64,000 nt of DNA from an uncultured Muribaculaceae bacterium (GCA_944321705.1 CALUMG010000009.1:9418-73417), one strand, 5' to 3'; shown: positions 19,994 through 32,923, numbered from the stretch's first letter. Numbers and translations are program-made. Notes: a model not told the origin generated them from the letters alone.

Positions 19994-20644
19994 ATGGAGT
20001 CAATCCTATATACGATATTACGAGGTTTTACAATAGGAATATTGGTATCTGCTCCGATGGGCCCCGTCGGGGTACTATGCATACAACGGACTCTGAACAA
20101 GGGCAGATGGGCCGGTTTTTATACCGGGATAGGAGCTGCCGTGTCGGATTTGACCTATTCGTTGCTTGCCGGACTCGGATTGTCGTTTGTAATAGATTTT
20201 ATAGAAACAAATCAGAATTTGTTACAGGTAATAGGCAGCATAGTCCTTTTGATATTTGCCATTTACTTGTTGCGAAAGAATCCGGTTAGGTCGTTAAAGA
20301 CATTAAAGGATAAAAAGAATAATTATGTGCAGGACATGATTACAGGATTTCTGTTTACAGTTTCCAATCCATTGATTTTGTTTCTCATAATAGGATTATT
20401 CGCGCGATTCAATTTCATGCTGCCCGAGTATGAGTATTATCATTATCTCACAGGATATGCGTTTATTTTGATAGGGGCGTTGTCATGGTGGTTTGTTGTG
20501 ACATTTTTTGTCAATGCCGTGCGAGCCCATTTTAATTTGCGTAGTATGTGGCTTATCAACAGGGTCATAGGTTTTATAATATTAATAATGTCTTTGGTTG
20601 GCCTTGTTATGGGTATTCACAATTATCTTTTATTTGGCAATTAA
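19994..20644 (+). CDS. LysE/RhtB-family amino-acid exporter
   Basis: About six TM segments and N-terminus GFTIGILVSAPMGPVGVLCIQRTL, typical of LysE-type translocators. Start trimmed to MESILY. Confidence 0.78.
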   Translation: MESILYTILRGFTIGILVSAPMGPVGVLCIQRTLNKGRWAGFYTGIGAAVSDLTYSLLAGLGLSFVIDFIETNQNLLQVIGSIVLLIFAIYLLRKNPVRSLKTLKDKKNNYVQDMITGFLFTVSNPLILFLIIGLFARFNFMLPEYEYYHYLTGYAFILIGALSWWFVVTFFVNAVRAHFNLRSMWLINRVIGFIILIMSLVGLVMGIHNYLLFGN

Positions 20645-20661
20645 GAACATCGATTTGAGCT

Positions 20662-21330
20662 ATGGAAAATAACAATAAAGCTTGTGAATTGACTGTCGGT
20701 TATTATTCACAATTGGATAATATGAGTCTTGAAGACGTTGGAGATTTCCTTGAACAAGAAGCAGAAAAACACTCCATAACATGTCGCAATTGGCTTGCTG
20801 AGTATCCATATCATCCTGTTACGATATTTACTATAGGACGATCGAATGATGCATTATTTATAGACTTTTTTGTACGCGGTAATTATCTGCGCGCAGTAAA
20901 TTATAAAAACAACACTCCTGTATCGGAAGACAGTTGTGTGGAGTTTTTCATGCAAATTCCGGGATCAAAAGAGTATTGGAATTTTGAGTTCAATTGCATC
21001 GGTACTGCAAATGTTTCCCATCGGGAGAAACGTGAAAATCCCACAAGACTTACCGATCAAGAGATAGCCATGATAGAAAGGTACGCATCGTGTGGAAATC
21101 GTCCATTTGAGGAAATGGAAGGTGTGTTTGCATGGAACCTCACAGTCAAGATACCTTTTAAATTAGTAGGATTGGACAAAGACAATCTTCCAGAATATTT
21201 GTTGGCCAATTTCTATAAATGTGGATCAAAGACAGGGTTGCCACATTATTTGAGTTGGTCGCCGATTGATACTCCAAAGCCTGATTTTCATCGTCCGGAA
21301 TTTTTCGGAAAAATGTATATTAAAAAATAG
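20662..21330 (+). CDS. hypothetical protein, possibly CBM9-like/DOMON-like fold
   Basis: 222-aa ORF. SEDSCVEFFMQ...EYWNFEFNCIGT resembles carbohydrate-binding family 9-like proteins from memory; the function call is weak. Confidence 0.5.
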   Translation: MENNNKACELTVGYYSQLDNMSLEDVGDFLEQEAEKHSITCRNWLAEYPYHPVTIFTIGRSNDALFIDFFVRGNYLRAVNYKNNTPVSEDSCVEFFMQIPGSKEYWNFEFNCIGTANVSHREKRENPTRLTDQEIAMIERYASCGNRPFEEMEGVFAWNLTVKIPFKLVGLDKDNLPEYLLANFYKCGSKTGLPHYLSWSPIDTPKPDFHRPEFFGKMYIKK

Positions 21331-21676
21331 GTTAGAATTACCTGAAAATTATAGAAATTCGAGGTTGTTCCTGCATATGAAACTTGTCATTCTGGACTAA
21401 TATGATATTCATGCTTTAGGAAAGTTGTTTGTGCAACTTTTCTGTAGCATGTTTCTATTATTCATAACCAATTCTTCACTTGTTTTATTAAGGATAGAGT
21501 GTTCATAATCGAGATTTAATTTTATGCTTGTAATTGGTCATTTCCATGAAATTATTCCGAATAATTTCCTTAATTTTGTAAATAGATAGAATGATAAAAA
21601 TAAAGTGGATTATTTAATCTATTCAATGGTAGGTTGCAATATTGATTAATTCACGCATTAAAAAATTATATGTACA

Positions 21677-24223
21677 GTGGCAAAAAAAATTTATAATCCG
21701 GATATAATAATAGATGAACAGTCGGATATAGAAAAGGATACGGTAAAAATTCCAGAAGAGCAAAAGAAAAAAAAGGTGCAATTATCTGAGGATAAGGAGA
21801 AATCTCCAAGTCCTTTTCAAAGAATTAAAGATTTTTTCACCAATCGCAGGACATTGATATTCATAGGGGCTCTCATAGGACTGTTTGGAGTATATTTATT
21901 AATAATATTCATTTCTTATTTCAGAAACGGTGCGGCCGATCAAAGCATGATAGTCGCTCACACTGTTGCTGAGATAGCGAAAGATGCTGACAAGGTGGGA
22001 AATGCCGGAGCATTGTTAGGTGCAAATATTGCCGATGCTTTCATGGCAAGAAGCATAGGTTTGGCTTCGTTTATAGTGGTGATTTGGTGCGTTGTCGTCG
22101 GCATAAGGATGCTGACTGGTTCACGAAACACGAGTTTCTTCAAATTCACATTGATGACTATTGTCAATATCGTCGCATGCGTGATGGTGACGGGAGCGTT
22201 GTCATTATATTATAATCCGTTGTTTTTCCCGATAGGGGGAAATCTTGGCAAATATTACAACGAGTTGTTGGTTGATTACACTGGAGTCCCCGGAATGCTT
22301 ATAATAAACATATTAGTCATAATATTATGGATTCTTGTGTGCATAAAAACTTTAAAATCAATATATACCAAGATTAATAAAGTTATTCCGAAACGTACAT
22401 CTTTTGATGATAATGACAATGAAGATGAAGAACCTGAGCAATCGTCAATAAATGTTCCGGATAAGCAACAGGATTATAAAAAAGATGAGAAAATAGAAGA
22501 AACTACAAATCCTTTTGATGAGAATGAAAATGATACTGAGGATACTAATGAAGTTCTTGTTAAAAAAGAAAATGCAGTTTCTTACGATGACATAGACGGT
22601 TACGATGAAAAGGATGTATATGTTCCATTTGCAAATAATGGCAAGGATGATACTATAGAGGGGTCTATCATAGTACCAAAGCCTATAGAGCAAGGCAGTG
22701 ATTCTCGTTTTGAAGCGTATGACCCTACTAAGGAATTGTCAAAATACAAAATGCCTCCTCTTGATTTATTGAGGGAGGGAGACATGAAGCAACGTACAGC
22801 CGATTTGGACGAGCAGGAAGCTAATAAGAAACGTATTACAGAAACGCTTGCCAATTATGACATTCCAATAAAGAAGATTGACGTTTGTGTCGGTCCGACT
22901 ATATCTTTGTTTGAAATTGTTCCTGGTGACGGCGTGAGAATTTCGAAGATAAAAGGATTGGAAAATGACATACAAATGAGCTTGTCGGCATTGGGAATAC
23001 GCATCATAGCTCCAATCCCGGGGAAATGCACGATAGGCATAGAGGTGCCTAATAAGGATCCTCAAACAGTGTACATGCGCTCAATAATAGGGTCGGTAAA
23101 ATTCCAAAATTGCAAAATGGATTTGCCGATGGCTCTTGGTTGCACTATAAGTAACGAAGTCTTTGTAGCTGATCTTGCCAAAATGCCTCATTTGCTTGTC
23201 GCAGGAGCTACAGGACAAGGTAAGTCGGTGGGATTGAACGCTATAATCACATCTTTGTTATATAAGAAACATCCATCTGAATTGAAACTCGTCCTGATAG
23301 ACCCTAAAATGGTTGAATTCAGCTTGTATTCAAAGTTGGAATATCATTACCTTGCGAAGTTGACAGGAGAACAAGAATGTATTGTCACCGATCCTAAGAA
23401 AGCCATTGTTACTTTGAATTCGCTGGTTCAAGAGATGGAAAACAGGAATTTACTTCTTAGGGACGCAGGTGAACGAAATATAAAAGATTATAATGCAAAG
23501 TTCATAGCGCGTCGGTTGAATCCGGAAAAGGGCCATCGTTACATGCCATATATTGTTCTTGTAGTGGATGAGTATGCCGATTTGGTTATGACTGGAGGCA
23601 AAGATGTGGAGCGGCCGATAGCAAGAATTGCGCAAAAGGCTCGTGCCGTGGGCATTCACATGATAATTGCCACGCAACGTCCGTCAACCGATGTCATTAC
23701 TGGCATGATCAAGGCGAATTTCCCGGGACGAATAGCATTTAAAGTGATACAAATGGTAGACAGTCGAACAATTCTCGATTGTTCAGGAGCACAACAACTT
23801 GTCGGTCGGGGAGACATGTTGTTCTTGTCGGCAGGCGGAGTGATAGAACGTGTGCAATGCGCATTTGTAGACACCCCTGAAGTTGAAAAAATATGTGATT
23901 ACATAAGTGAACAAGTAGGATATGAATCGGCGTATGAATTGCCTGAATACATACCAGAACAAGAAGATTCGGGCAATGAAGGTTCATCTTCATCAATGAT
24001 AAGCGAGCGAGATCCGCTTTTTGATGAGATTGCCGCATTCATAGTTACAAGCAGCACCGCTTCCACATCATCGTTGCAACGTCACTATGGCATTGGTTAT
24101 AACAGGGCAGGCAGGATAATGGACCAAATGGAGGCTGCCGGCATTGTCGGGCCATCGCAAGGAGGGAAACCGAGAAAAGTCTTAATCGATTCGTCTCAAT
24201 TGCAAGGAATCCTTTCAAAATAA
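21677..24223 (+). CDS. ftsK: DNA translocase FtsK/SpoIIIE
   Basis: N-terminal TM domain, an acidic linker, Walker A LVAGATGQGKS, Walker B LVVDEYADL, and a gamma winged helix SSLQRHYGIGYNRAGRIMDQMEAAGIVGP. Apparent GTG start. Confidence 0.9.
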   Translation: MAKKIYNPDIIIDEQSDIEKDTVKIPEEQKKKKVQLSEDKEKSPSPFQRIKDFFTNRRTLIFIGALIGLFGVYLLIIFISYFRNGAADQSMIVAHTVAEIAKDADKVGNAGALLGANIADAFMARSIGLASFIVVIWCVVVGIRMLTGSRNTSFFKFTLMTIVNIVACVMVTGALSLYYNPLFFPIGGNLGKYYNELLVDYTGVPGMLIINILVIILWILVCIKTLKSIYTKINKVIPKRTSFDDNDNEDEEPEQSSINVPDKQQDYKKDEKIEETTNPFDENENDTEDTNEVLVKKENAVSYDDIDGYDEKDVYVPFANNGKDDTIEGSIIVPKPIEQGSDSRFEAYDPTKELSKYKMPPLDLLREGDMKQRTADLDEQEANKKRITETLANYDIPIKKIDVCVGPTISLFEIVPGDGVRISKIKGLENDIQMSLSALGIRIIAPIPGKCTIGIEVPNKDPQTVYMRSIIGSVKFQNCKMDLPMALGCTISNEVFVADLAKMPHLLVAGATGQGKSVGLNAIITSLLYKKHPSELKLVLIDPKMVEFSLYSKLEYHYLAKLTGEQECIVTDPKKAIVTLNSLVQEMENRNLLLRDAGERNIKDYNAKFIARRLNPEKGHRYMPYIVLVVDEYADLVMTGGKDVERPIARIAQKARAVGIHMIIATQRPSTDVITGMIKANFPGRIAFKVIQMVDSRTILDCSGAQQLVGRGDMLFLSAGGVIERVQCAFVDTPEVEKICDYISEQVGYESAYELPEYIPEQEDSGNEGSSSSMISERDPLFDEIAAFIVTSSTASTSSLQRHYGIGYNRAGRIMDQMEAAGIVGPSQGGKPRKVLIDSSQLQGILSK

Positions 24224-24250
24224 AATATAAATTTAATAAGGTGTAATTTT

Positions 24251-24868
24251 ATGAAAATACGTTTGGCAGGCATGTTGGCTTCAATGGTATTGTCTTGCGG
24301 ATTGATGAATGCCAGTGCGCAAGATGCCAATGGCATACTTAATCGCGTGATTGAAGCCTATGATAATAGCAAGGGCATAGAAGCAAGCTATTCTATGACA
24401 TACGATAAAACGACCGATTATGGTTCTATTGACATGGAAGGAGAAAAATTCAGAATTTTGTCGGAAGATCTCAAATGCTGGTTTGACGGTAAGACTCAAT
24501 GGGCTTATTCTACAATGACCGATGAAGTGAATGTTACTGAGCCGACAGTGGATGAACTTCAAATGTCCAATCCATATATTGCACTTAAGGCATTCAAGGA
24601 CAACTCGCAAAATTCAGTGGTAATTACTCAGGATGGTAGTTATCTGCTGTCGTTAATACCTGTTGAAGAAGGGGATATTAAATTAATACAGCTTTTCATA
24701 GATAAGAATAAGTATCAAATAACAAAAGCAGTGTTTTCGATGGTCGATAATTCCATGTATACGATTACAGTCAATAATTATGTGACAGGGAAGAAATTTT
24801 CATCGAAAATATTTAAATATGATTCAAAGTATGTACCTAAAGGTACGCAAATAGTAGATTTACGATAA
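24251..24868 (+). CDS. LolA-like outer-membrane lipoprotein carrier protein
   Basis: Signal peptide and LolA-like beta-barrel sequence in the position conserved immediately after ftsK in Bacteroidales. Confidence 0.65.
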   Translation: MKIRLAGMLASMVLSCGLMNASAQDANGILNRVIEAYDNSKGIEASYSMTYDKTTDYGSIDMEGEKFRILSEDLKCWFDGKTQWAYSTMTDEVNVTEPTVDELQMSNPYIALKAFKDNSQNSVVITQDGSYLLSLIPVEEGDIKLIQLFIDKNKYQITKAVFSMVDNSMYTITVNNYVTGKKFSSKIFKYDSKYVPKGTQIVDLR

Positions 24869-24885
24869 ATAAAAAACATGAAATT

Positions 24886-25833
24886 ATGAATACAGAAAAA
24901 ACGAGATGTCTTATAATAGGTTCCGGTCCTGCCGGTTTTACGGCAGCCATATATGCCGGGCGGGCAAATATATTGCCTATTCTTTATGAAGGGAATCAAC
25001 CCGGAGGGCAATTGACGATAACTACCGAGATTGAGAATTTTCCCGGATATCCGGAAGGAATAGATGGTAATGAAATGATGGAGCAACTGCGTACCCAAGC
25101 TAAGCGATTTGGTGCAGATATTAGGGACGGCATTATTACATCGGTAGATTTGTCGAAACGACCGTTTACTGCATTGGTCAATGGAGGAGACACACAAATA
25201 ATGGCCGATACGATTATAATAGCAACAGGAGCTTCTGCCAAATATTTAGGTCTTGATGACGAGAAAAAGTATGCCGGGATGGGTGTTTCGGCTTGTGCGA
25301 CATGCGATGGCTTTTTTTATAGGAAAAAAATAGTGGCCGTAGTGGGAGGAGGTGACACTGCTTGTGAAGAAGCATCATATCTGAGCAATATAGCCAAGAA
25401 AGTGTACATGATAGTGCGCAAAGATTATTTGAGGGCTTCCAAAGCAATGCAGAAACGTGTGTTTGATACTGAAAACATCGAGATTCTGTTCAATACGAAC
25501 ACCGTCGGCTTATTCGGAGAAAATGGTGTTGAAGGTGTGCATCTCGTGAAACATAAAGGAACTTCCCAAGAAGAGTATTACGATCTGGCTATTGATGGAT
25601 TTTTCCTTGCCATCGGCCATCAGCCCAATACAGCTTTCTTAAATGGCCAAATAGAACTTGATGATGCGGGTTATATCATAACTAAAGGTGTAACATCTGA
25701 AACAAATATACCCGGCGTATTTGCTGCAGGGGATGTTGCCGACCCGAGGTATAGGCAAGCAATCACAGCGGCTGGAATGGGTTGCAAAGCCGCTCTTGAT
25801 GTTGAAAAATTCTTAATGACTCATGGGAATTAG
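24886..25833 (+). CDS. trxB: thioredoxin-disulfide reductase
   Basis: GSGPAGFTAAIYA FAD motif, redox-active CATCDG, GGGDTACEEA NADPH motif, and GVFAAGDV. Confidence 0.93.
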   Translation: MNTEKTRCLIIGSGPAGFTAAIYAGRANILPILYEGNQPGGQLTITTEIENFPGYPEGIDGNEMMEQLRTQAKRFGADIRDGIITSVDLSKRPFTALVNGGDTQIMADTIIIATGASAKYLGLDDEKKYAGMGVSACATCDGFFYRKKIVAVVGGGDTACEEASYLSNIAKKVYMIVRKDYLRASKAMQKRVFDTENIEILFNTNTVGLFGENGVEGVHLVKHKGTSQEEYYDLAIDGFFLAIGHQPNTAFLNGQIELDDAGYIITKGVTSETNIPGVFAAGDVADPRYRQAITAAGMGCKAALDVEKFLMTHGN

Positions 25834-25891
25834 TTTTACAGGCCGATCGTGTGATACTGAATTCCGCAAAGATTGCAGCGAATTCTTCACG

Positions 25892-26728
25892 ATGAGCGGT
25901 TTGGCCGATGCCGGTCCTATCGGAGTATTTGATTCGGGATATGGTGGATTGACAATATTGCGGCAGATAAAAAGTCGGTTGCCACAGTATGATTATTTGT
26001 ATTTAGGCGATAACGCCAGAGCTCCTTATGGTACACGGTCGTTTGATATTGTGTATAAATTCACATTGCAGGCTGTCGAGTATTTGTTTTCACAAGGATG
26101 CAAACTTGTAATATTGGCATGTAATACAGCATCGGCAAAAGCGTTACGAACCATACAACAACATGATCTACAGCGAATAGACCCGACTCGTCGTGTACTT
26201 GGTGTCATACGTCCTACAGTTGAAAAAATAGGCAGTGTGACGCATACATGTAATATTGGTATTTTAGGAACCCCCGGAACCATACAAAGCAAGTCATATG
26301 ATTTGGAGATAGCCAAAATGTATGATGGGAAAATAAGAACTTACGGGCAGGAATGCCCTATGTGGGTTCCTCTTGTGGAATGTATGGAATCTGATGGGGA
26401 TGGAGCTGATTATTTTGTACAAAAGTACATAAATGAGCTTATGTGCCAATGTAATACAATAGACAGTGTTATTCTTGGATGTACACATTATCCGTTGTTA
26501 TTAAATAAAATAGAAAAATATATTCCGGCAGGGGTGACTGTCGTTGAGCAAGGTGCGATTGTGGCCGAGAGTCTTGCCGATTATTTGGCACGTCATCCTG
26601 AAATGGACATAAGATGCAGCAAGAGTGGTGTGGTATCATATATGACAACCGAGAATGTCGACAAGTTCAAAGGTATGGCATCGATGTTTTTGGGTGAAGA
26701 TATAAATGTTTCTCATGTAGAATTTTAA
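25892..26728 (+). CDS. murI: glutamate racemase
   Basis: IGVFDSGYGGLTILRQI, LACNTASA and GCTHYPLL catalytic Cys motifs. Start trimmed to MSGLAD. Confidence 0.9.
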   Translation: MSGLADAGPIGVFDSGYGGLTILRQIKSRLPQYDYLYLGDNARAPYGTRSFDIVYKFTLQAVEYLFSQGCKLVILACNTASAKALRTIQQHDLQRIDPTRRVLGVIRPTVEKIGSVTHTCNIGILGTPGTIQSKSYDLEIAKMYDGKIRTYGQECPMWVPLVECMESDGDGADYFVQKYINELMCQCNTIDSVILGCTHYPLLLNKIEKYIPAGVTVVEQGAIVAESLADYLARHPEMDIRCSKSGVVSYMTTENVDKFKGMASMFLGEDINVSHVEF

Positions 26729-26742
26729 TTGTCGTTATATTG

Positions 26743-26790
26743 AAAAACAAACGGGGAAATTAGGTTGCACCGATTTCTCCGTTTGTTTTT
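26743..26790. terminator. bidirectional terminator between murI and thiH
   Basis: 16-bp stem 26745-26760 / 26773-26788 (one G-U pair), flanked by an A-run and a T-run. Confidence 0.6.
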
Positions 26791-26806
26791 ATACTTGTCG
26801 TTATTT

Positions 26807-27915
26807 TTAATCAAATATTTTGTCCCAATCTTTCCAAACGACTTCGTATCCAAGCCGGTGTATGTCATCAGACACATCTTTGGGTGAACGATCATCGCTG
26901 ACGGCAAATTGTTCCAGAGCCTGATGAGCTTTCACATATCCACCCGGCTCGGTTTTACTGCCGGCGCTCATTGATGTAACACCAAGTTTCATCATGTTTT
27001 CGCGGAAAACAGGACTTTCACGAGTGGAATAAGATATATCGACATCATGGTCAAAGATACGGAATGCAAATGTAACTTGCGCCAGTTCTTTGTCGGACAT
27101 TACCACATTTGGAGAGAAATGACCTTCAGCGGGTCGCATTCTCGGAAAGTTTACCGAGTAACGAGTTTCCCAATATTTTTTTTGCAAGTACCGCAAGTGA
27201 TAGGCCATCATTGTAATATCTGTTCTCCAATCTTCAAGGCCGATAAGAACTCCCATTCCTATTTTATGCAGTTTAGCAGCACCCATGCGGTCATATCCGT
27301 TAAGTCTCCATTCAAAGTTTGATTTCATTCCATGGGGATGGTATACGTTATATCTATCCCTGTTATAGGTTTCTTGGAAACAAACAACACCGTTAAGTCC
27401 CGATTTTGTCAATCGCATGTATTCTTCTTGCTTGAGTGGCATGACTTCAATTGTAAGATTGTTGAAATAAGGCCTTGCAATTTGTAAAGCCTTCTCAATG
27501 TAGTCAACGCCAGCTACTGAAGGATATTCACCGGTCACGATCAGTAGATTCTCAAAAGGCCCTAATTTCCTGATAGCTTCGCATTCGGCTTTTATTTGTT
27601 CTTCAGTAAGCGTGGTGCGTTTGAACTTATTGTTGAATTGGAAACCACAATAAACGCAGAAATTCGTGCACGCGTTGCTAAGATACAAAGGGATGTACAT
27701 GCTTATCGTCTTCCCGAATCTTTCTTGGGTGTAAAATTGAGATTTACGAGCCATGGGCTCAAGATAGGGGATTGCGGCAGGTGAGACCAAAGCCATGAAA
27801 TCATCGACATTCAGCATCTCCTTGTTGAGAGCCTCTTCCACATCGACATGATTTTTACTTAAAATCTTGTCGGAAGTTTCTTTCCAGCTTATTTTTTTTA
27901 ATTCGTCAGAAAACA

Positions 27916-27916
<1 letters not shown>
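26807..27916 (-). CDS. thiH: 2-iminoacetate synthase ThiH (radical SAM)
   Basis: CTNFCVYCGF radical-SAM cluster motif and its position at the end of the thi operon. Confidence 0.87.
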
Positions 27917-29667
<1,751 letters not shown>

Positions 29668-30438
29668 TTAGTCTAAGAATGAAGTTAGAGGGCTGCTGGC
29701 ATTTGCAAAATCAGATTTTGCACCTAATCCGGCAAGATGGGCTTTGCGTCCGGCTTGGACTGCAAGTTTAAAAGCGCATGCCATTTCGACAGGGTCTTTA
29801 GACATGGCTATGGCGGTGTTCACAAGAACTGCATCGGCTCCCATTTCCATAGCTTCGGCTGCATGAGAAGGAGCTCCGAGGCCGGCATCGACAATAACCG
29901 GTACTTGACTTTCGGCAATTATTATTTCTATTAAGTCTTTTGTTTTCAATCCCTTGTTGGTGCCAATGGGTGCGCCTAAAGGCATTACAGCTGCCGTGCC
30001 TACATCTTCAAGACGTTTGCATAATACAGGGTCGGCTTGTATATAAGGAAGTACAACAAATCCAAGTTTTACAAGTTCTTCAGTAGCCTTGAGCGTTTCT
30101 ACCGGGTCAGGGAGAAGATATTTAGGATTTGGGTGTATTTCTAATTTAATGAAATTGGTCCCAAAACATTCTCTTGATAATTTGGCTGCAAATACAGCTT
30201 CTTCGGCATTTCTTACGCCTGAAGTATTTGGCAAAAATTGAACGGCATCGCGATTTATGTGTTTTAGCATCTCATCATCGGCTTCGTCACTCATGTTTAT
30301 TCTTTTCATTGCGACAGTAATCATTTGCGACTCAGATGCGATAATCGCCTGTTCCATTATTTCGTTTGATGAGAATTTACCTGTACCGACAAACAAGCGG
30401 GATGAAAATTCCCTACCTCCTATGATTAAATTATCCAT
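29668..30438 (-). CDS. thiG: thiazole synthase ThiG
   Basis: [33 protein letters not shown] and [12 protein letters not shown]. Confidence 0.93.
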   Translation of the reverse strand: MDNLIIGGREFSSRLFVGTGKFSSNEIMEQAIIASESQMITVAMKRINMSDEADDEMLKHINRDAVQFLPNTSGVRNAEEAVFAAKLSRECFGTNFIKLEIHPNPKYLLPDPVETLKATEELVKLGFVVLPYIQADPVLCKRLEDVGTAAVMPLGAPIGTNKGLKTKDLIEIIIAESQVPVIVDAGLGAPSHAAEAMEMGADAVLVNTAIAMSKDPVEMACAFKLAVQAGRKAHLAGLGAKSDFANASSPLTSFLD

Positions 30439-30456
30439 ATTGATAAAAATAAGATA

Positions 30457-31110
30457 TTATTTTGAGTATAGTTGATTTATTCTTTCGTTTATTATGTCTT
30501 GCAATAGAGATATTATTTTGGTCGTTTCCTCGGTGGGATTCTGAGCCGAGATTATTGAACCAGACAGTGCAATTCCGCTTACTCCGGTATTCATGAGAGC
30601 TGTAATATCATCGTGCTTAATGCCACCAATAGCAACAATGGGGATTTTATAACCTGTTTCTCGACATTTATTCATTATTGAATTATAACCATCGAGACCT
30701 AAAATTGGACTAAGATTTTTCTTGGTCGATGTAAATCTGAAGGGACCGAGTCCGATGTAATCGATATCCATCAATACAAGTTTGCAAATGTCTTCAAATG
30801 TATTGGCTGTTGCTCCTATTATGGCTTGCATGCCGAGTTCGCGCCTTGCGTCTACAGGGTTCATGTCGGATTTGCCGAGATGAACGCCATCAAGTTGCAA
30901 TTCCTTGGCAATATCTACATAATCATCGATTATAAGAATGCACTCTTTCTCGGCACACAAAGGCTTTAACCTTTGCGCTGTCGATATAACAATGTCGCGA
31001 GCGGAATTTTTCATGCGCAGTTGTATCCATTTGCATCCTCCGTCAAGCACCGCTTTAGCTTGGGACAATACAACTTCCGGGTCGTCAGAATTAGTAATGA
31101 ATTGCAGCAT
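30457..31110 (-). CDS. thiE: thiamine-phosphate synthase ThiE
   Basis: WIQLRMKN, DGVHLGKSD, ATANT, DYIGLGPFRFTSTK and VAIGGI. Confidence 0.87.
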   Translation of the reverse strand: MLQFITNSDDPEVVLSQAKAVLDGGCKWIQLRMKNSARDIVISTAQRLKPLCAEKECILIIDDYVDIAKELQLDGVHLGKSDMNPVDARRELGMQAIIGATANTFEDICKLVLMDIDYIGLGPFRFTSTKKNLSPILGLDGYNSIMNKCRETGYKIPIVAIGGIKHDDITALMNTGVSGIALSGSIISAQNPTEETTKIISLLQDIINERINQLYSK

Positions 31111-31693
31111 TGGATGATTTTATAAGTTCTATTTTTTTATTCAACGATTCTATGTCTGAGCTATTAAATAAATATCCAAGGAATGCAGCTCCGGCAAATC
31201 CTATATTGTGTAATTGCTTTAGATGAAATGGCATGATTCCTCCTAAAGCTATTATTTTATCTTTCATGCCATCGTGCTTGAAAATTTCAAGTAGATTCCC
31301 GTATGAAAATTTACTCTTATATCCATTTTTTGAAATACTGTCAAAAATGGGACTAAGAAACACATATTCATATTGATTCAAGTCGGTTAATTCATTTTCC
31401 GAGTGGCAAGAACGACTTCTTGATAAATTCTCGCAATTGGGAGGAATGACGTTGCAGTGCATGTTCAAGTGGATGCCTGCTAAATTAAATTCATGTGCCA
31501 ACTCAAAGTGATTATGAATTTTCAATCGATCATAATATTTTGGAGGGATTGACTTTATGTATTCTCGCATTTGTTGCATGGAGAATCCCGGTTTGCGTAT
31601 GTGGACATAATCAAAACCAGCATCAAGCATTTTTATGATGAAATTAATTTCATCGGGATGACTGAGTTCGGGGGTAATTGCAATGATTTTCAT
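31091..31693 (-). CDS. ThiE/TenI-family paralog (second thiamine-phosphate synthase-like protein)
   Basis: 200 aa with YVHIRKPG, AGIHLN, FLSPIFDSISK and IALGGI. It overlaps thiE by 20 nt. Whether it acts like TenI or ThiE cannot be decided from the sequence. Confidence 0.62.
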   Translation of the reverse strand: MKIIAITPELSHPDEINFIIKMLDAGFDYVHIRKPGFSMQQMREYIKSIPPKYYDRLKIHNHFELAHEFNLAGIHLNMHCNVIPPNCENLSRSRSCHSENELTDLNQYEYVFLSPIFDSISKNGYKSKFSYGNLLEIFKHDGMKDKIIALGGIMPFHLKQLHNIGFAGAAFLGYLFNSSDIESLNKKIELIKSSNAAIHY

Positions 31694-31696
31694 TTT

Positions 31697-31900
31697 TCAA
31701 CCGCCATAGAATGCTTTAATGATTGTTATTCTGTCTCCGTTGTTTATTTTAAATGTATTCCATTCTGCGTTTGGAATCACGTCATTATTCACAGCAATGG
31801 CAATTCCTTTGTCAGGAATGTTGTTTGCAACTAAGATGGCTTGTTGGAGTGTGGAGTCGTCATCACAGTTGTACTCAGTGTTGTTGATGTATATTTTCAT
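31697..31900 (-). CDS. thiS: sulfur-carrier protein ThiS
   Basis: 67 aa ending in ...IIKAFYGG (C-terminal GG). It overlaps the thiD stop by 4 nt. Confidence 0.85.
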   Translation of the reverse strand: MKIYINNTEYNCDDDSTLQQAILVANNIPDKGIAIAVNNDVIPNAEWNTFKINNGDRITIIKAFYGG

Positions 31901-32724
31901 AATGGATGTTTTAAGAGTTTAATAGGATTGAATGAATGGTTTACAGGGCCATGTCCGTGTCCTATGGTCACACTGGAGCCTTCGGCAATGGCGTTTGTTA
32001 TATATTCTTTGGCTTTACTTATGGACAGTTGAAGATTGTATCCTATGGCAAGATAGGATGCGATAGCCGATGAATAGGAACATCCGGTTCCATGAGTATT
32101 TGTGGAGCTTATTCTTTTTGAACGGAATGTTAATGGTTCGCTTGATTTGCCGGTAAACAGGTAGTCGGTCATAGCTTCATCGTCAAAATGCCCTCCTTTA
32201 ATAAGAACGGCTTTTGCGCCAAGGCCAATTATTTCATGTCCAGCATTTACGATGTCGTTTAGGTTGTTAACCGAGTGTCCGGCCAGCAATTCGGTTTCAT
32301 GCCTGTTGGGCGTTATGAGGTCTACGATTGGAATTAATTTAGTCACAAGGGAATCTATCGCATCGTCTGAAATTAATTTGCATCCTGATGTGGAAACCAT
32401 TACGGGGTCAAGGATGATTTTATGGGCTTCGTGTGCAATTAGTTGACATGCCACGGTTTCTATGATGCCTTTGGTTGGAAGCATCCCTATTTTTATTGAA
32501 TCGGGGATAATGTCGGCATATATGGCATCAATTTGTTGGCCAACCATGCCAGGCGATATATTTTCTATTCCGTTAACCTGAAATGTGTTTTGTGCCGTGA
32601 TGGCCGTGATAGCCGTCATGCAATAAGTGCCAAGAGCCGAACATGTTTTTAAATCGGCTTGTATGCCTGCGCCACCGCTGCAATCCGAGCCTGCGATAGA
32701 CAAAACCTTATAATAACTCTCCAT
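31897..32724 (-). CDS. thiD: hydroxymethylpyrimidine/phosphomethylpyrimidine kinase ThiD
   Basis: SIAGSDCSGGAGIQADLKT, VLDPVMV and THGTGCSYSSAIA. Confidence 0.9.
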   Translation of the reverse strand: MESYYKVLSIAGSDCSGGAGIQADLKTCSALGTYCMTAITAITAQNTFQVNGIENISPGMVGQQIDAIYADIIPDSIKIGMLPTKGIIETVACQLIAHEAHKIILDPVMVSTSGCKLISDDAIDSLVTKLIPIVDLITPNRHETELLAGHSVNNLNDIVNAGHEIIGLGAKAVLIKGGHFDDEAMTDYLFTGKSSEPLTFRSKRISSTNTHGTGCSYSSAIASYLAIGYNLQLSISKAKEYITNAIAEGSSVTIGHGHGPVNHSFNPIKLLKHPL

Positions 32725-32834
32725 TGGCCAAAAACAAATTTGACATGCTATAACCTAGCACGGTAATGTTATCGATTTGTGAGAATGCAATGGGAGAAAT
32801 TATGAATGGAACACTATAAGAAGATTGCGTATTG

Positions 32835-32912
32835 TTTAACAATCCCTCCGCCGGAATTACCCGGTTCAGGTTCATAGGGTATAATCTCAGCCACATGGCA
32901 CCCCTTTGTCGT
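32835..32912 (-). promoter_or_regulatory. TPP (THI-box) riboswitch aptamer
   Basis: The minus strand reads GACAAAGGGGUGCCAUGUGGCUGAGAUUAUACCCUAUGAACCUGAACCGGGUAAUUCCGGCGGAGGGAUUGUU. It contains the conserved GGGGUGC, CUGAGA, ACCC, AACCUGA, UAAU and GGAGGGA elements about 110 nt upstream of thiD. Confidence 0.92.
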
Positions 32913-32915
32913 ATG

Positions 32916-32923
32916 CAAAAATA
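32916..32923 (-). promoter_or_regulatory. -7 box TATTTTTG for the thi operon
   Basis: Matches TAnnTTTG on the minus strand, just upstream of the riboswitch 5' end. Confidence 0.5.

Noticed and set aside
21670-21690. The ftsK ORF starts at GTG 21677, right on an A8 run. An out-of-frame ATG at 21670 would become the start if the run were A7, which could mean phase variation or an indel.
   Set aside because: The GTG start gives an intact ORF with a plausible MAKK... N-terminus. There is no evidence for tract-length variation from a single sequence. Noted only as something to check in the reads.
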